A stretch of DNA of 64,000 nt from Monocercomonoides exilis PA203 (GCA_001643675.2 LSRY02000065.1:349565-413564), one strand, 5' to 3'. Shown: positions 14,419-28,726, counted from the first letter of the stretch. Notes: generated from the letters alone by a model not told the origin. Program-made: numbers and translations.

Positions 14419-17400
14419 ATGATAATAGACAAAGTAAAAGAAGACCAAATTAAGCACTATTGTCATGTTCTTGACAGTACTGCAGTTGGAAAAATCATGA
14501 ATGACGATTCAATTGCTGCTGTTAAGCATTTATCACACACAATTATTGACTGTGAAAAAACTGGAGATGATTCTCTTTTTGGGTTTGTTGGACATTTTGT
14601 TTCTTAAATTTTGAAAGCCTAGTTATTTTTTTATTTTGAAATTATATCTTTCCTTGCTTTTTTGTACAGGCTTATGGAAACAGCAATTTTCAAAAGTTTT
14701 AAAAATGTTCTTTCATCAAAATGTAATCCATCTTTCAAAATGGAAATTTTGCAATCTTTGAGCCTTATTGTACAAAACTTTAAACATGAGACATCTCTCC
14801 TGTATATTCTGTCTGGAAATAGAATAAATGATATTATACGGATTCCATTTGACTTCGGAAATCATGAAATGGTTTCATATTATGTATCAGTTTTAAGAGC
14901 GCTTGCATTTAAAATGACTTTAAAAAATATACCTCTGTTCTTTGTAGATGTATGCTCATTTTTTTTAAAAAAATTGTTCATTTCTTAATGCTAAATTATT
15001 TGATTCTATTTGCAGCAAGCTACTGTCCAACAATTCCCTGTCTTTATGCTGACTTTACGATTTTTCTCATATCCTGACAATCTCATCAAAACTGCTGTAA
15101 GAACGACATTACTCACCATCTTAAAACTATCTAAAGATGAAATAATCGACTACGCAATGAGCACTCAAAGTCAGTTTCTGTCAACTGTTTGCCTCTATCT
15201 GATGTGTCTCAGTTTTGACATCGCCGAGGCCGTCTCAATAAACTCCCCTCACAACGGCAGCTCAGCTTCATCTCTCCATTCATTCAAGCCATATTCGCTG
15301 AAAGTGTCTGAGTGCCTGTCTGTTTCGTCGCTTGTCCAGTCGCCTCAAACGCAGCACAGAACAGCTGTTATTCTGTCACTCACTCAGCAGGCGTATGCCA
15401 CTTCACCTCTTTCATTTCAAAAGGAAACGAACACACTCAACATGTCAAATAGCACTTCACGTTCGAATTCTTCTTCAACTGCTTCTTCTTCCTCGTCTTC
15501 TTCTTCCTCTTCTTCCTCTTCTTCTTCTGCCATTGCCTCCCACATGCGTTCATTAGACGATCTTCTTTCAGACTTCTCCGAAGCACTTCTCTTCATCTGT
15601 GACTTATACCGTCTCAATCATTTGGAATTTTCATATACCCTTTCTCGTCAGTTCCTATCTTTGTTCCTTATCCCTCTCATTCGACACTTCTGGATGTTCA
15701 ACCTGAAAGTGAAGGAGGAAGAAGAAGAAGGAGGAGGAGGAAGAGGAAGAGGAAGGGAAGGGAAAAAATTCAACATTGGACAGAAAATGAGAAATAGCAA
15801 GAAATTATCGCAATCACGTTCTGAGGCGAAGATGGAACCGTATCATCCATTTAACTCCTCTCCCTTTGGATACCCTGCTCCTTCTCTTCTCAACCGATCG
15901 GGGACTTATTCTTCTTCTTCTTCTTCTTCTTCCTTTTCGCCTTTTTCTTCTTCTCCTCATTTTTCTTCCTCTTCTCATTTTCCTTCTTCTTCTTCTCACT
16001 CTTCTCACTCTTCTTCTGCTTACTCTGTTTATTCTGCTCTTGTTCAGTCATCTCCGCCTCGTGTGGCAGCAGCAGGGGCAGCAACAAGGCCTGTTTCATA
16101 TTCATTGACAACATCTTCATTGCCATCTGTTGAGAGGAGGATGTCTGATTATGATGTGAGGAGTGGGTGGATTGATAGGAAGGGGAGAGAAGGAAGAGGA
16201 GAAATGAATAGAATGTTGCAGTGGGAGAGAGGGAAAGAAGAAGAAGAGGAAGATAAAAATGAGCATATGCAAAAGCAAAATGAACAAAAACGTAAAAAAC
16301 ATAATAAAAAAGAGAAGGGAAAAGGAAAAGGGAAAGGGAAAAAGGAAAAGGGGGAAGCGAATGATGATTTAGATTTTGATGATTTGTTCAGTTTGATTCG
16401 GAGTTACAATAAGAAAGAATCAGAAAGAAAACAAAAAAATGAAAAGAAGAAGAAGAAGAAGGAAGAGGAGGAGGAGGAGGAGGAGGGTGTTGACAATGAA
16501 GAAGGAGAAGGAAATGGAAGAGAAGGAAATGATGAAGAAGAAGAGGATGAGGAGGAAGAAGAAGAAGGCGAGGAAGATGAGGAAGGCGAAGAAGAAGAGG
16601 AAGAGGAAGAAGAAGATGATGATGATGATGAAGACGAGGAGGAGGAGGAAGAAGAAGAAGAAGAAACCGAAGACTCCAGCACAGATGATAAAAGAAAGCA
16701 CGTCAATGCAAGTGGCAAAAGGGAATTGAAAACTTCTGAAAGTTTTTGTCTCTTTGAAGCCAACAGCTCCTCTTCTGATTTTTCTTCTTCTCTGAAAAAT
16801 TCTGCTAAGTCAAAAAATTCCTTTTTCAGCAGCAAAACCGAAACGAATGCGAAAATGAAGCAAAACTCAGGGGCAATCAACCACACGCCATTTATCCCTC
16901 CATCTGTCTCTCTCTTTTTGTTCTCGATGATTTTGACTTCTCCTCTTCCCCCTGTGATTATCCATTCGTTATGCACTTTGCTATCATTTCCTACTAACCC
17001 ACTGAATTTGGGTTCGATTTCTCTTTCTTCTTTGTCTTCTTTATTTTTGTCATCATCATCATCTTCTTCTTCTTCTTCTTCATCTTCTTCATCTTCTTCA
17101 TCTTCATCATCATCATCTTCTTCTTCTTCCCCTTCATCTTCATTTTCTTCTTCTCCTCTTTCTTCTTCTTCTTCTTCTTCTCTTTCTTCTTCTCTTCCTC
17201 AATTGTTATGTCTCAGAGAAGATGCTGTTGACATCCTCCTTCCAATTTCTGCCAAGTCAAACGAATTTTTCAGCTGGTTTGCCATCAGAGAAGAATTCAA
17301 CAGCAAAAAGAAAGCGAAAATTGATATTCATACAAATCCCATTGAAACAAGGTTTTTCAGAGGCATTATGAAGGAAAAGAAGGAAATGGAAGAGTTTGAG

Positions 17401-18829
17401 AAGAAGAAGATGATTATGAAGAAGAAAACTTATTTGAATGGTTTTTGTGCTTCCGAAGAAGAAAAAACAAATTTTGGTGAAATAACATCATCATCTTCTT
17501 CTTCTTCTTCTTCTTCTTCTTCTTCATTGTCATCTTCTTCATTTCCTCTTCCATTCTCCCTCTTCCTCTCTTGCTTAGAAGAACAACATCTTCTTCCACC
17601 TCCTCTTCTTCCTGATATTTCTTCACCATTCTCTTCTTCTTCTTCTTTCTCTCTTTCTTCTTCTCCTTCTTCCTTGTCTGCCACTTCTTCTTCTCCTTCT
17701 CCTTTCTTCTTCTTCTCTTCTTCTTCGGATATTCCACCATTGCTCAAAAGATATTCAGTGATTGATGAGTCAAATGTGAATGAATGGAGTGTTGTTCAGT
17801 GTGTTTACAGGGAGAAGTGGAAGAAGATGGTTGAAGAAGCTATAGAAGGATGGAAGATGTGGTCTGGAGATAGAGGAGAAGGAGAAGGAGAAGGAGAGGA
17901 AGAGGAAAGAAAAGAAGAGGAAAATAAAGAAGGGAAAGAAGAAGAAGAAGAAGAAGAAGAAGAAGAAAAGGATAACAAAGAAGAAGAAAACAATAGAAAC
18001 ATAGAAGATCATGAAGGCAGCACAAAAAAAACTGAAAGGAAAGCAAATAGTGAGCCATCATTTTCATCATCACGTTCTTCTTCTTCTTCTTTTCCAATTT
18101 TGCCTTCGTTTTCTTCTAACTCCTCATCTCCTTCATCTTTCCATTCATTTTCTTCTTCCTCCTCCTCCTCTTCTCTTCTTCTTCTTCCTCTTCTTCGCAA
18201 AACTCCTCTTCGTGTGCTTGTTGGCATTCCTTCTGCTTCTTTCTTCAGAAGAGCATTTTTCGAGTCATTTTCTTTGCTTTCTTCTTCTTCTTCTTCTTCT
18301 TCTCTAATTTCATTGGCTTCTTATTCTTCTTCAATTAATTCTTCTTCTTCTTCTTCTCTTCCTCTTCCTCTTCCTTCTGTCTCTTCTGTCTGCTCCACCA
18401 TTCGCTCTTCTCCTCATCTGTGGCTGTCTCTTTCTGGCTCTTTCCTTTCGTTCATCAGCAGGCAGAGGAAAATCAGGAGAGAAGGAGCGGAGTATGTGTG
18501 GAGGGAGGAAGAGGAAGAGGAAGAGGAAGAAGAAGAAGGAAGGATGAAGAAGGAGAAGGGGAAAGGGAAAGGAAAGGAAAGAGAAAAAGAGAAGAAAGAA
18601 AAAGAAAAAGCAAAAGCAAAATATAGATCATATGATATGGATGATGAATATAACAGATTTAAAAGTGAATGGAGAAAGAGCATAAATGTGGAAGGAAGAA
18701 GAACGAAAAGAGGAGAAGGAGAAGGAGAAGAAGAAGAAGAAGATGGAGAAAAAGAGAAAATTGCAAATGTGATAAGAAACAGAATGAGTATGAATTTAGA
18801 GAGAAACAAGAACTATCAGTTTGGTTTGG

Positions 18830-18860
<31 letters not shown>

Positions 18861-19245
18861 ATTTGCTCCTTCTTCTTCTTCTCCTTCTCCTTCTTCTTCT
18901 TCTTCATATTCTTCCAATAACTTCCTCAATTCACCAACACACAGAGAAATTTCAAGTAAAACCGAAAATCTTCCATTGAATGAAGAATCCGTATTGCTGA
19001 TACCTCATTCTGCTGATGTCCCTCAAAACACAGAAAGAACTGTTAATTCTTCTCTTTCTTCTTCTTCTCTTTCTTCTTCTTCTCTTTCTTCTTCTTCTCC
19101 TCCTCCTCCTTCTCCTTCTCCGTTATCTTCTTCTTCTCCTTCTTCTTTATCTTTATCTTTGTCTTCTTCATCGTCTTCTCCTTTATCTTCTCCTTTATTT
19201 CCTTCCTCTTCCTCCTCTTCCTCTTCCTCATCATCATCATCATCC

Positions 19246-19276
<31 letters not shown>

Positions 19277-22200
19277 CTTCTTCCTTTACTTCTTCTTCTT
19301 CTTCTTCCTTTACTTCTTCTTCCTCTTCTTCCTCTTCTTCTCCTTCTCTTTCTTCTCTCCCTCTCACGTTCTCTTCATTGCAGCGTTCTCTTCTTCCTCC
19401 TTTTGTTCCTTCTCTTTCTCCTCCAATGCTTGTTTCATTGTTGTCTTTCATCATCAACAGACAGAAGAAGAAAGAGAAGGAGAAAGAGAAGAAGGAGAAA
19501 GAGAAAGAGAAAGAGAAAGAGAAAGAGAAAGAGAAAGAGAAAGAGAAAGAAGAGAATTTCAATAAAAAACAAGGAAATAACATAAAAATAAACACAAATA
19601 AAAAATCAGATGAAAATTCTGTTGGAAATGTGAATGAAGAAAATAATAATAATAATAATACTTTAGCATCAACATCTTCTTTTTCTTCTTCTTCTCTTCC
19701 TTTCTCCTCTTCCTCTTTCTCCTCCTCTTCTTTTGCTTCATGTCACAGCAATCTTTCGTCTATCCCTTCTTCTCTTCCTTTCTCCTCCTCCTCTTCTTCT
19801 TCTTCTTCATTGGAAGAGAAAGAGGTATCAAATGATGTGTGGGGTGAAGCACTTGTTGAAGGGATAAGAGAATTGGCAGATGTGGAAGGAATAAGAAGAA
19901 TTATTGAATGTGGAAGAAGAAGAAGAAGAAAAGAAATGGTGAAGAAGAAGAAGGAAGAAGAGGGAGAAGAGGGAGAAGAGGGAGAGGGAAAGGAGGAAGA
20001 GAAGGAAGAAGAAGAAGAAGAAACAATCAATAAACCTCCTCAAAGCATTAAACCTTCTCTGAATTTCGCATTAAGCTCCTTGTTTCAGAAAGATGAGTGG
20101 GAAATGGCTCTTCTTTCTCTCCATTCATCAAGCGATGTTTTGACACGGCTGTTTCAAAAATTCATAAGTCAAGAGCCAAATTCAGTTCCGATTGGATTCA
20201 CACATAATGTTGAGATGAATGGTAATAATGATAATGATAATTCGAATTTTGCTTCTTCTTCTCTTTCTTCTTCTTCTTCTTCTTCTTCTTCTTCTTCTTC
20301 TTCTTCTTCTTCTTCCTTCGAGAAAAACGAAAGGAAAGGAAAAGAATCTAAATTGGAAGCGAAGAGAAAGAAAGAAATAGAAAAGGCAAAGAAGAAAGAA
20401 GACAAGCGAACGAAACAACTGCAAAAACAAGATTCATCTTTAGCTTTACCTTCTTCTTCCTCTTCTTCTTCCTCCTCCTCCTCTTTCTCTTCTTCTTCTT
20501 CCTCCTCCTCCTCCTCCTCTACTTCCTCCAAACCTTCTTTTCCCCAGAAATTCAATGAATGCGAATGCAACTGCGAACTTAACTCAGGTTATTCTTCTTC
20601 TCATTCCTTGTGCTCTTCTTCTGTTGATGACACCCTCCCCATCGCTTCTTTCCTCTTTCTCTCTGCTCTCCTCCAAAACTCCTCTGTTCCTTTCCTCTTC
20701 TTATCTGAAATCGGATTGCTTCCTCATAAACGGCTGGCTTCAGTGAAATTCTGCAGAAAAAAGGAAGAGGGAAAAATTAAACCAGAAATTGAGTCTAATT
20801 TAGAGATAAAACAAGAATTGAATCAAAAACTTGAGAAAAAACTTGAAAAAAATCAAAAAATTTCGAATTTTATTCCATTTTCTTCTCCATCCAATCTGAA
20901 CAATGTTCTTTCTTCTCAACAACATCAACAGCATCTTCAACAACAAACAGAAAGCAATAAGTTTATTTCTCCGTTCGAGCCTGCTTCTATTTCTCCGGAG
21001 TTACAAATTTCTCCGTTTGCTCCTATTTCTCCGTTCGAGAACAAACAAAACTCCGATTTGTATCTCATTTTCCCTCCAATTCATCATTCACATCTTCACT
21101 CTGCTCCAACTCAAATATCTTCTTCTTCCTCTTCTTCTCATTCTTCTCCTCCTCCTACTTATTCTTCATCATCATCTTCTTCTTCTTCCTTCTCTTCTTC
21201 TCATCGTTCAATAGATTGTCCTCTTTCTCTCTCTCCAAATGACCCTCGTTCCATTCAAAAGCGCAATTCTTCCTCTTCTCCTTCTCCTCTCTCGGAGAAT
21301 TATGAAAGTGCTATTTCTCCGCCTCCAGAGCCTCTTCCGATGCAACTGCCTACACCTCTTTCTCCTTCTATTAATCTTCCTTCTTATGCTTCTTCCTCCT
21401 CTTCTTCCTCTTCCTCTCCTTCTTCTTTTCCTTCCTCTTCCCCAACATCTTCCATTTCACCTTCTTCGTTACCTTCTCCAGTTTCTCCGATTTCTCCTAT
21501 TTCTCCGAACTCTCCTTCTTCTTCTTCTCCTTCTCCTTCTCCTTCTTCTCCAACTTCTTTGCCTTCTTCTTTTGTTTCTCCTTCTGCTCATCCTCTTTCC
21601 TTCTCTAATTCTGCTGCTTCTTCTTCTCCTCTCCAACATCTGTCACCTCAAAGAATTGCTTCTTTTCCTCTCATTGATAGAGAACTTCTGTCATCTTCAT
21701 TATCTTCTTCTTCTAATTCTTCCTCCTCATCCTCGTTTTCTTCATTATCTTCTCCTTCTTCTTCTTCCTCTTCTTCTCCTTCTCCTTCTCCTTCTCTTCC
21801 TCTCAACACTTCAGAGCCTTCTCAATCAAACATGCCATTTCCATTGAATTCTTCGATATCTTCAGAAAAACTATCACCTCAATTGATGTCTGAGAAAGAA
21901 GCCAGAAATTCATTGCCTTCTAATTCTCCTCCTTCTTCTTCTTCACCTTCTTCATCATCATCATCATTTTCCTCTTCCTCTTCTTCTCCTTCCTCATCCT
22001 CCTCTTCTCCTTCCTCTTCTCCTCTCTTCCTCTCCTCTCCTCTTTCTCAAAGACACATTCATTCTGTTTTCGATGAAGCACAAGGATCAGCCAGAAGCAA
22101 TGCAATTGATGCAATTTCATCTGAAATGTTATCTTCTTCTTCTCTTTCTCTTTCCTCCTCCTCCTCCTCCTCTTCTTCTTCTTCTTCTTCTTCTTCTTCT

Positions 22201-24045
22201 TCTTCTTCTTCTTCTTCCTCTTCCTCTTCCTCTTCTTCTTCTTCTTCTTCTTCTTCTTCTTCTCTTTCTTCTTCTCTTTCTTCTTCTCTTTCTTCTTCTC
22301 TTTCTTCTTCTCGTCATCAACATCATCAATATAATAATAATAATAACGTTCAAGTGAAAAAACGTAATGAAACAAGAAACGAAAGATTTTCTTTAGCTTT
22401 TGACCCTTCTTTCTCTTCTTTTTATTCTTCTTTATCTTCTTCTTCTTCTTCTTCATTACCTCCTCCTCCTTCTTCTTCCTTGTTTGTTGATGCATCCAAT
22501 GGTGACATATTTGAACTTACCTCAGAAGGACAACTAACAAAAGAAGAGGAAGAAGAGGAACAAGAAGAAGAAGAAGAAGAAGAAGAAATAAAAGGAGAAA
22601 TAAAAGGAGATAAAGAAAGAGAGAGAGAAAGAGAAAGAGAAAGAGAAAGAGAAAGAGAAAGAGAAAGAAGAGAAAGAAGAGAAAGAAGAGAAAATCGAGA
22701 AAACAATGCAATTTCTAAGAATTCGTCAGAAAAGGAGAAGATGAGTGAAATCATGGCAGATGTGGAAGCGATTGAAGATGAAGAAGAAGATTGGAAAGAG
22801 TTTTGTTTGAAAGGTCATTATTATCGGTTTCCTCAGTGTGAAAGGAAGAAAGAGGAAAATATGGAAAATATAGAAGAAATAGGAAGAAATGAAGAAGAGA
22901 AAGGGAAAGGAAGAAGAAAAGAAAAGGAAAAAGCAAATAACAATAAATATGAAAATCAATCTGGAAATGAATATGAATGCCAGCACAATCACAAATATGA
23001 GTGCAAAAGCAATAATAAATGTAATGATGAAAATAAATATGAATACGAATACGAATACGAATACGAATACGAATACGAATACGACCCTCGCCTTGTCTCA
23101 TCCATTGTCGATTTCCTGTCAAATTCTGCTTCTTCTCTTTCTTCCTCTTACAAACATTCATCCAACAAAAATATTCACTTCCCTTTTGTTTCTCGAAGAT
23201 TGTCTTCTCTTTCGCTCGCTTTCTCAACACTGAGCCAGATTCTGGAGTTGACTGGTGTGGCGACACGAATTAGCAAAGAAAAGAAGAAGAAGAAGGAAGA
23301 GAAGAAGGAAGAAAAGGAGGAGGAGAAAGAGGATAAAGAGAAAGAGAAGAAAGGAGAAGAAGAAGAAAGAAAAGATGCTGTTGTTAAATGCTCTGATACT
23401 CAAACAACAGAAAAATCAAATACTGATTCATCAAAACCCAATCCTATTTCTCCGGCTTCTTCTATTTCTTCTATTTCTCCGATTTCTCCGAAGTCTTCAA
23501 TTTCTCCGCTTTCTCATCTTTCGTGGTGGCATAGCGACATTATACGCCATGCATATAATTCTCTTCTGTCGGTTGCAATCCAACTCATTTCTTCCTTTTC
23601 TGTCTGCTCTTTCTCTTCTTTCTCTTCTTCTTCTTCAGCGTCTTCCTCTTCTTCTTCCTCTTCTTCTTCTTTATCCTCTTCCTCCTCTCTTTCTTCTTCT
23701 GATTCTGATTCTATTTCTTTTCCTCCTCTATCTTCGCTCACTGAATCTTCTCCCCTTCATCCTAACACTCTTCTTCTTTCTTCTTCAGATTCAGGTTCTT
23801 CTTCTCTTTCTCCTCTTTCTTCCCTTTCTCATTCATCTCCTTCTTCTTCTTCTTCTTCCTCTCCTTCTCCTTCTCCTTCTTTGAATTGCCCTGATTCTTC
23901 CATCCAACGCACTTTTCGGTCATTTCAAACTTTTCTTTCTCCTTTCTTCCCTCTCTTAAGTGAATACATTCCTTCTGATTTCCTTCTTCCCCCTCCTCTT
24001 TCTTCTTCTTCCTCTTCCTCTTCTTCTTCTTCCTCTTCCTCTTCT

Positions 24046-24083
<38 letters not shown>

Positions 24084-27000
24084 TTCTTCAGATTGGAGCA
24101 CAACTGACATTGAGACTCTTCTCCTTCGCTCTTCTTTGATTGCTCCTTGCGAATCTGTCGACACTTGCTTTGATCTTGTTCCTATTCATGTCACTTCTTC
24201 TTCTTCTCTTTCTCCCTCTTCTTCTTCCTCTTCCTCTCTTCCTTCTTCTTCTTCTTCTTTATCTTCTTCTCTTCCTCCCTCTCCTCTTTCTTTCAGAACG
24301 AGTTCTTCTTCTCATCCAAATGAACAAAACGAAAGAAACAAGAACATCACATCTTCTCCTCTTTCTTTCTCTTCCACTGCTCAAATCTCTTCTTCTTCTT
24401 CTTCACCTTCTTCCTCCTCCTCTTCTTCTTCATCCTCCTCCTCTTCTTCTCCTTCTCCTTCTCCTTCCTCTTCTCCTCCTTCCTCTTCCTTCTCCTCTCC
24501 CTCTAACAAATCTTCTGCTCCTTCTCTTCATCCATCTCCTTTCCGCCAGCCTCAAACTTCTCTTATTCCTTCTGCTGAGCCTGTTTCCTCTCTCTCTTTC
24601 TCTTCTCTCTCTTCCATTTCTTCTCTTTCTTCTATTACTTCTTCTTCTCCTTCTTCCTCTTCCTCCTCTTCCTCTTCCTCTTCTCCTTCTTCTTCTTCTT
24701 CTCTTCCTCTTCCCATTCCTTTGAACTCTTCTCTTTCTCAACCTCTTCCTGTCATCCCTTCAGAATTAGGCGATTCTTCTCCTGTTCAACCTTTTTCTTC
24801 TCAAATTGGTCCTCTTCAAGGCCAACCTTCTTCTCTTCCTCTTCCTCTTCCTCTTTCTTCTTCTTCTTCTTCTTCTTCTTCTCATTCTCTTCCTCTTCCT
24901 CTCTCTCAAACACATACTCCTATTCAATCTCAATCTCAATCTCAATCTTTACCTCTTCCTCTTCCTCTCCCCCTCCCCCTCCCCCCTTCCACAGCAAGAC
25001 AATCAAAACATTTCCCTTTCTTCTCTTCCTTCTCATCCTTTCCATTCTCCTTCTCTTTCCATTGCTGAGTCCATCAGCTCCATTCTCTCTGACTCTTCGT
25101 TTGTTCTTATTCCTTCGCCAAAATACGGAAGCGATTCGCCCCATTCAATGAACACGCTATCAACTATTTCTTCTTCTTCTTCTTCTTCTTCAATGGATTC
25201 TTCTTCTTCCTCTTCCTCTTCTCCTCCCTCTTCCATTTCTTCTTCTTCTCTTTCCTCTTCTTCTTTATCTTTATCATCCTCCTCTTCTTCCTCCTCTTCC
25301 TCAATAATACCTTCTTCTTCCTCTTCCTCTTCTTCTTCTTCTTCATCATTGAATAGCAGTGCCTCTCTCATTCTCTCTGCTGCCACCACCCTTTCTCCTC
25401 TCTTGTCCAACTCTTCTTCCCTCCAATTTTCTGATCAAACAAACAGATTTCAACTTCCATTCGATGAAGAAGCAGAAAAGATGAAGAAGCAGTTGGAATT
25501 GGCTGCGAATAAACCAATCAATAAAAGGTTTAGATCTTATTCGTTTTCTCTTTCTCTTTCTTCTTCTCTTTCTCTTTCTCCTCCTCTTTCTTCTTCAATG
25601 CTGTTAAGAGAACATCATTATTTCTCTCTCTTCTCACCATCTTCTCATCTATTTCAATCAAATTATCAAAATTCTTCTTCTTCTCTTTCTTCTTCTCTTT
25701 CTTCTTCTTCTTCCTTTCTCCTCCACCAAGCCAAGCTCCAAGCCCCGCCAAAGCAGCAGTCTTCTCTTCCTCCTCTGCGTTTTCGCCTCCCTCTCAATGA
25801 AATTGAGGTGTTTCAGTCAATTTTTGGTTTTTTGGCTCTTTTGAAGCAGGCAGTGCATTCTCTGAGGGATTATAAGAATCAATGTGCAGAGATGGGGTTG
25901 GGGCTGAAAGAGAAGGAATTCGATGAGGAAGGAGGAAGAGGAAGAGGAAATGGAAAGAATGAAGAGAGAGAGAAGAAGGAGAAGAAGGAGAAGAAGAAGA
26001 AGGGTGAAAAAGAAGTGAACGAAAAGAGAGAAAAGAAAGAAAAAGGAGAGAAAGGAGAGAAAGGAGAGAAAGGAGAAAAAGGAGAAAAAGGAGAAAAAGA
26101 AGAAAAAGAAGAAAAAGAAGAAAAAGAAGAAAAAGAAGAAAAAGAAGAAAAAGAAGAAAAAGGAGAAAACAATAAAAATAATAAAGTTATTGAAAATAAT
26201 GAAACGTCTGTGAATGAGTTTGGTTCTGAACAGCAAATGGAAAAGAAGCAGAACAAACAAGACAATCCAATGAAATTGATCAACCCAATCAATTTAATCA
26301 AACATTCGCAGCATTCACAGAAGAAAGATGATGATGAAAATTCCATTCAAAAATTAAGCTCTTCTCAAAATGCCATTGAAAAGCAGATGAATAGCACATT
26401 GCCCCCAAAAGTTGGAGATGTTGTTCCTTTTGACTCTTCTTTCTTTCGAGTGATTTCGTTTGTCAATCAGAAGAAAACACCAATGTTTTTGCAAGTAACT
26501 GCGAAGTTTCTTATTTCATGGGTTCCGTTTGTTCAGGAGGAGGAAGAAGAGAAGGAGAAGAAGGAGAAGAAGGAGGAAGAAGGAAGAGAAACGAATTCAT
26601 TAAGAACAAATGTGATATTGGGTGGAGGTAATGGTGAATGCAATGTGTTTGCAGGTTCTTCTTCTTCTTTGTCTCCTTCATTATCGTTAACACCTGAAAA
26701 CATAAACTTCAAGAAAGAAAAAGAAGAGGACAAAAAAGTTGAAAAGGAAGAAAAAGAAGAAAAACAAGAAGAAGAAGAAAAAGAAGAAATCATTTCCAAC
26801 TGCAAAATCTATTTGAAATGCCGTTCGGTTCTTCCTCTTTCGAACCTTTCTCTTCTCTCCTGCACGCCAAACACACCAGATTTGCTTGTCTTGTCATTCT
26901 CTTCTGACTCCATCTGCATTCTCCGCCACCTCAACAGCGCTTCCGTTAAGCAAACATCTACAAATGCAACAAAGATGCATATGAATAGCATACCATGTCC

Positions 27001-28726
27001 GAATTCGTTGTTGTTGAATGGAATTATTTCTTCTGATTCTTCTTCTGCTTCTTCTTCTTCTTCCTTCTCTTCCTTTTCTTCTTCTTCACATGTTATTCAT
27101 CCTCTTCATCTGCCTCATCTCTTCCCGCCTTTGATGCACCCAACACACAGACAAACACACAGCGTGGCACAAAACACTCAGAAATCAATGAATTCATTCA
27201 ATTCTTTGAATTCTTTGAATTCTATGAATATTCAAAACAAACAAAGTTCTATTAATTCATTGAATAAACAAGAGAAACAAGAGAAACAAGAGAAGCAGAA
27301 TAAACAAAGCAAGCAGAATTCATTGAATGCTCAATATGCCCTCACTCCACACGAACTGCTCTTTCTCCATTCTCTTTCGTGTGGCTGTTCTGAATGCAAA
27401 GACGCTTTTCATTCACTTCAGATTCAATTGCAAGCTCAATCATCTTCTCATTCTCAATCATCTTCTCATTCGAATTCGAACTCTTATTCAAATTATGATT
27501 ATCATTCGAATTCGAATTCGAATTCTCTTTCTCTTTCCTCTCGATGGGATTATAATGGCTCACATTCTCAAAACCCGTCGGCTCTTATTTCTGCTTGTGT
27601 TTATGCTCTTCCTCGTATTCCTTCTCTTTCTTGTTCTCTTTCTCCCCCTCTTCCTCTTCCTCTTATCAAAAGCAATATACATTCAAAGTCATATGTTTGT
27701 TCTTCTTCTTCTTCTTCTTCTTCTTCTTCTTCTTCTTCCAATTCTTCTTCTTTTCTTCCTCGCTCTCATTCCTTCACTTCTGATTCTTTCTTCTCCTCTT
27801 CCTTCAAGCAATCCATTTCACATTCATTTCATATGAACAGCTCTTTCACAGACACACACAACAAATGCCACATTTCAAATCACCAGAAATCTTGTTTGCC
27901 TCTTCCTCATTCGACAAATGAAGAAGCAAATTTGATTCATTCCTCTTCTTCTTCCTCTTCTTCTTCTTCCATTCCTTCTTCTTCCTCTTCTTCTTCTCCT
28001 TCATCTTCTTCTTCTACTGCTACTCCTTCTTCTTCCTCTGTACAGCCAACTCCATCCGACATCCACCACACCACCTCCATCTCCACCCCAGCCACTTCTC
28101 CTCTCTTCCACTCCATTCATTCTTCTTTCTCTTCTTTCGCTTCCCTCTCTTCCCTCTCTTCCCTCTCTCTCTGCAGCATGAACTCCCTCTCCATCTCTCC
28201 TGAAATGAGTCTGTTTCCTTCTCAATCAGACACACAGCGGATGTTTACTCTTCCTTTCATTCTCCGCCCTTGTTTGCTCCGCCCTCAATCAACAGCACAT
28301 TTTCTCTTTCCTTCTCATTCACACGCTGCACGGTTTATTTCGGCTGTGGTGAGGGCGCAGGCGATGGAGGACACAGAAATCAGAAGATGTGCTTCGAATG
28401 TTCTGACTCAGGAAAAAAGAGAGGTGAAGGGAAGTGTTCTGTTGATGGAGCGTTCTTCTTTCTCTGCTGTCGCCAGGCGTGCAGAGGAGGAAGTGCGTAA
28501 GATGGGGATAATCAGAAAAAGAAGTTCGGAAATATCTTGCGGTAAAGCCAATCGAACAGTGAAGTCGATAGAAAAGCAATTAGAAAGGTATTCTACAATT
28601 GTTACACAAAATGCAACTCTTGAACCTCCTCAAACAAAGGAGCAATTTTTTGAACTTCTTCATTCCTCTTCTCCTTCATTTGATTTTTTGTTTGCTGCGC
28701 TTCTTTCCGCGCGACGCTATGTGTAA
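14419..28726 (+). CDS. CLEC16A: CLEC16A/GOP-1/TT9-family protein (FPL domain), about 4,700 aa with poly-Ser and E/K tracts and a frame break near 24985
   Basis: Exons 14419-14582, 14670-14949, and 15016 onward. ILQSLSLIVQNFKHETSLLYILSGNRINDII..FDF...EMVSYYVSVLRALAFK...FPVF...FFSYPDNLIKTAVRTTLL matches the FPL domain. ORF 15010-25068 overlaps ORF 24806-28726 in the +1 frame, and joining them is an inference. Confidence 0.8.

Noticed and set aside
15300-28600. Dozens of antisense and alternate-frame ORFs (poly-E, -K, -L, -R)
   Set aside because: They are shadows of TCT/GAA repeats, which lack stop codons in most frames.
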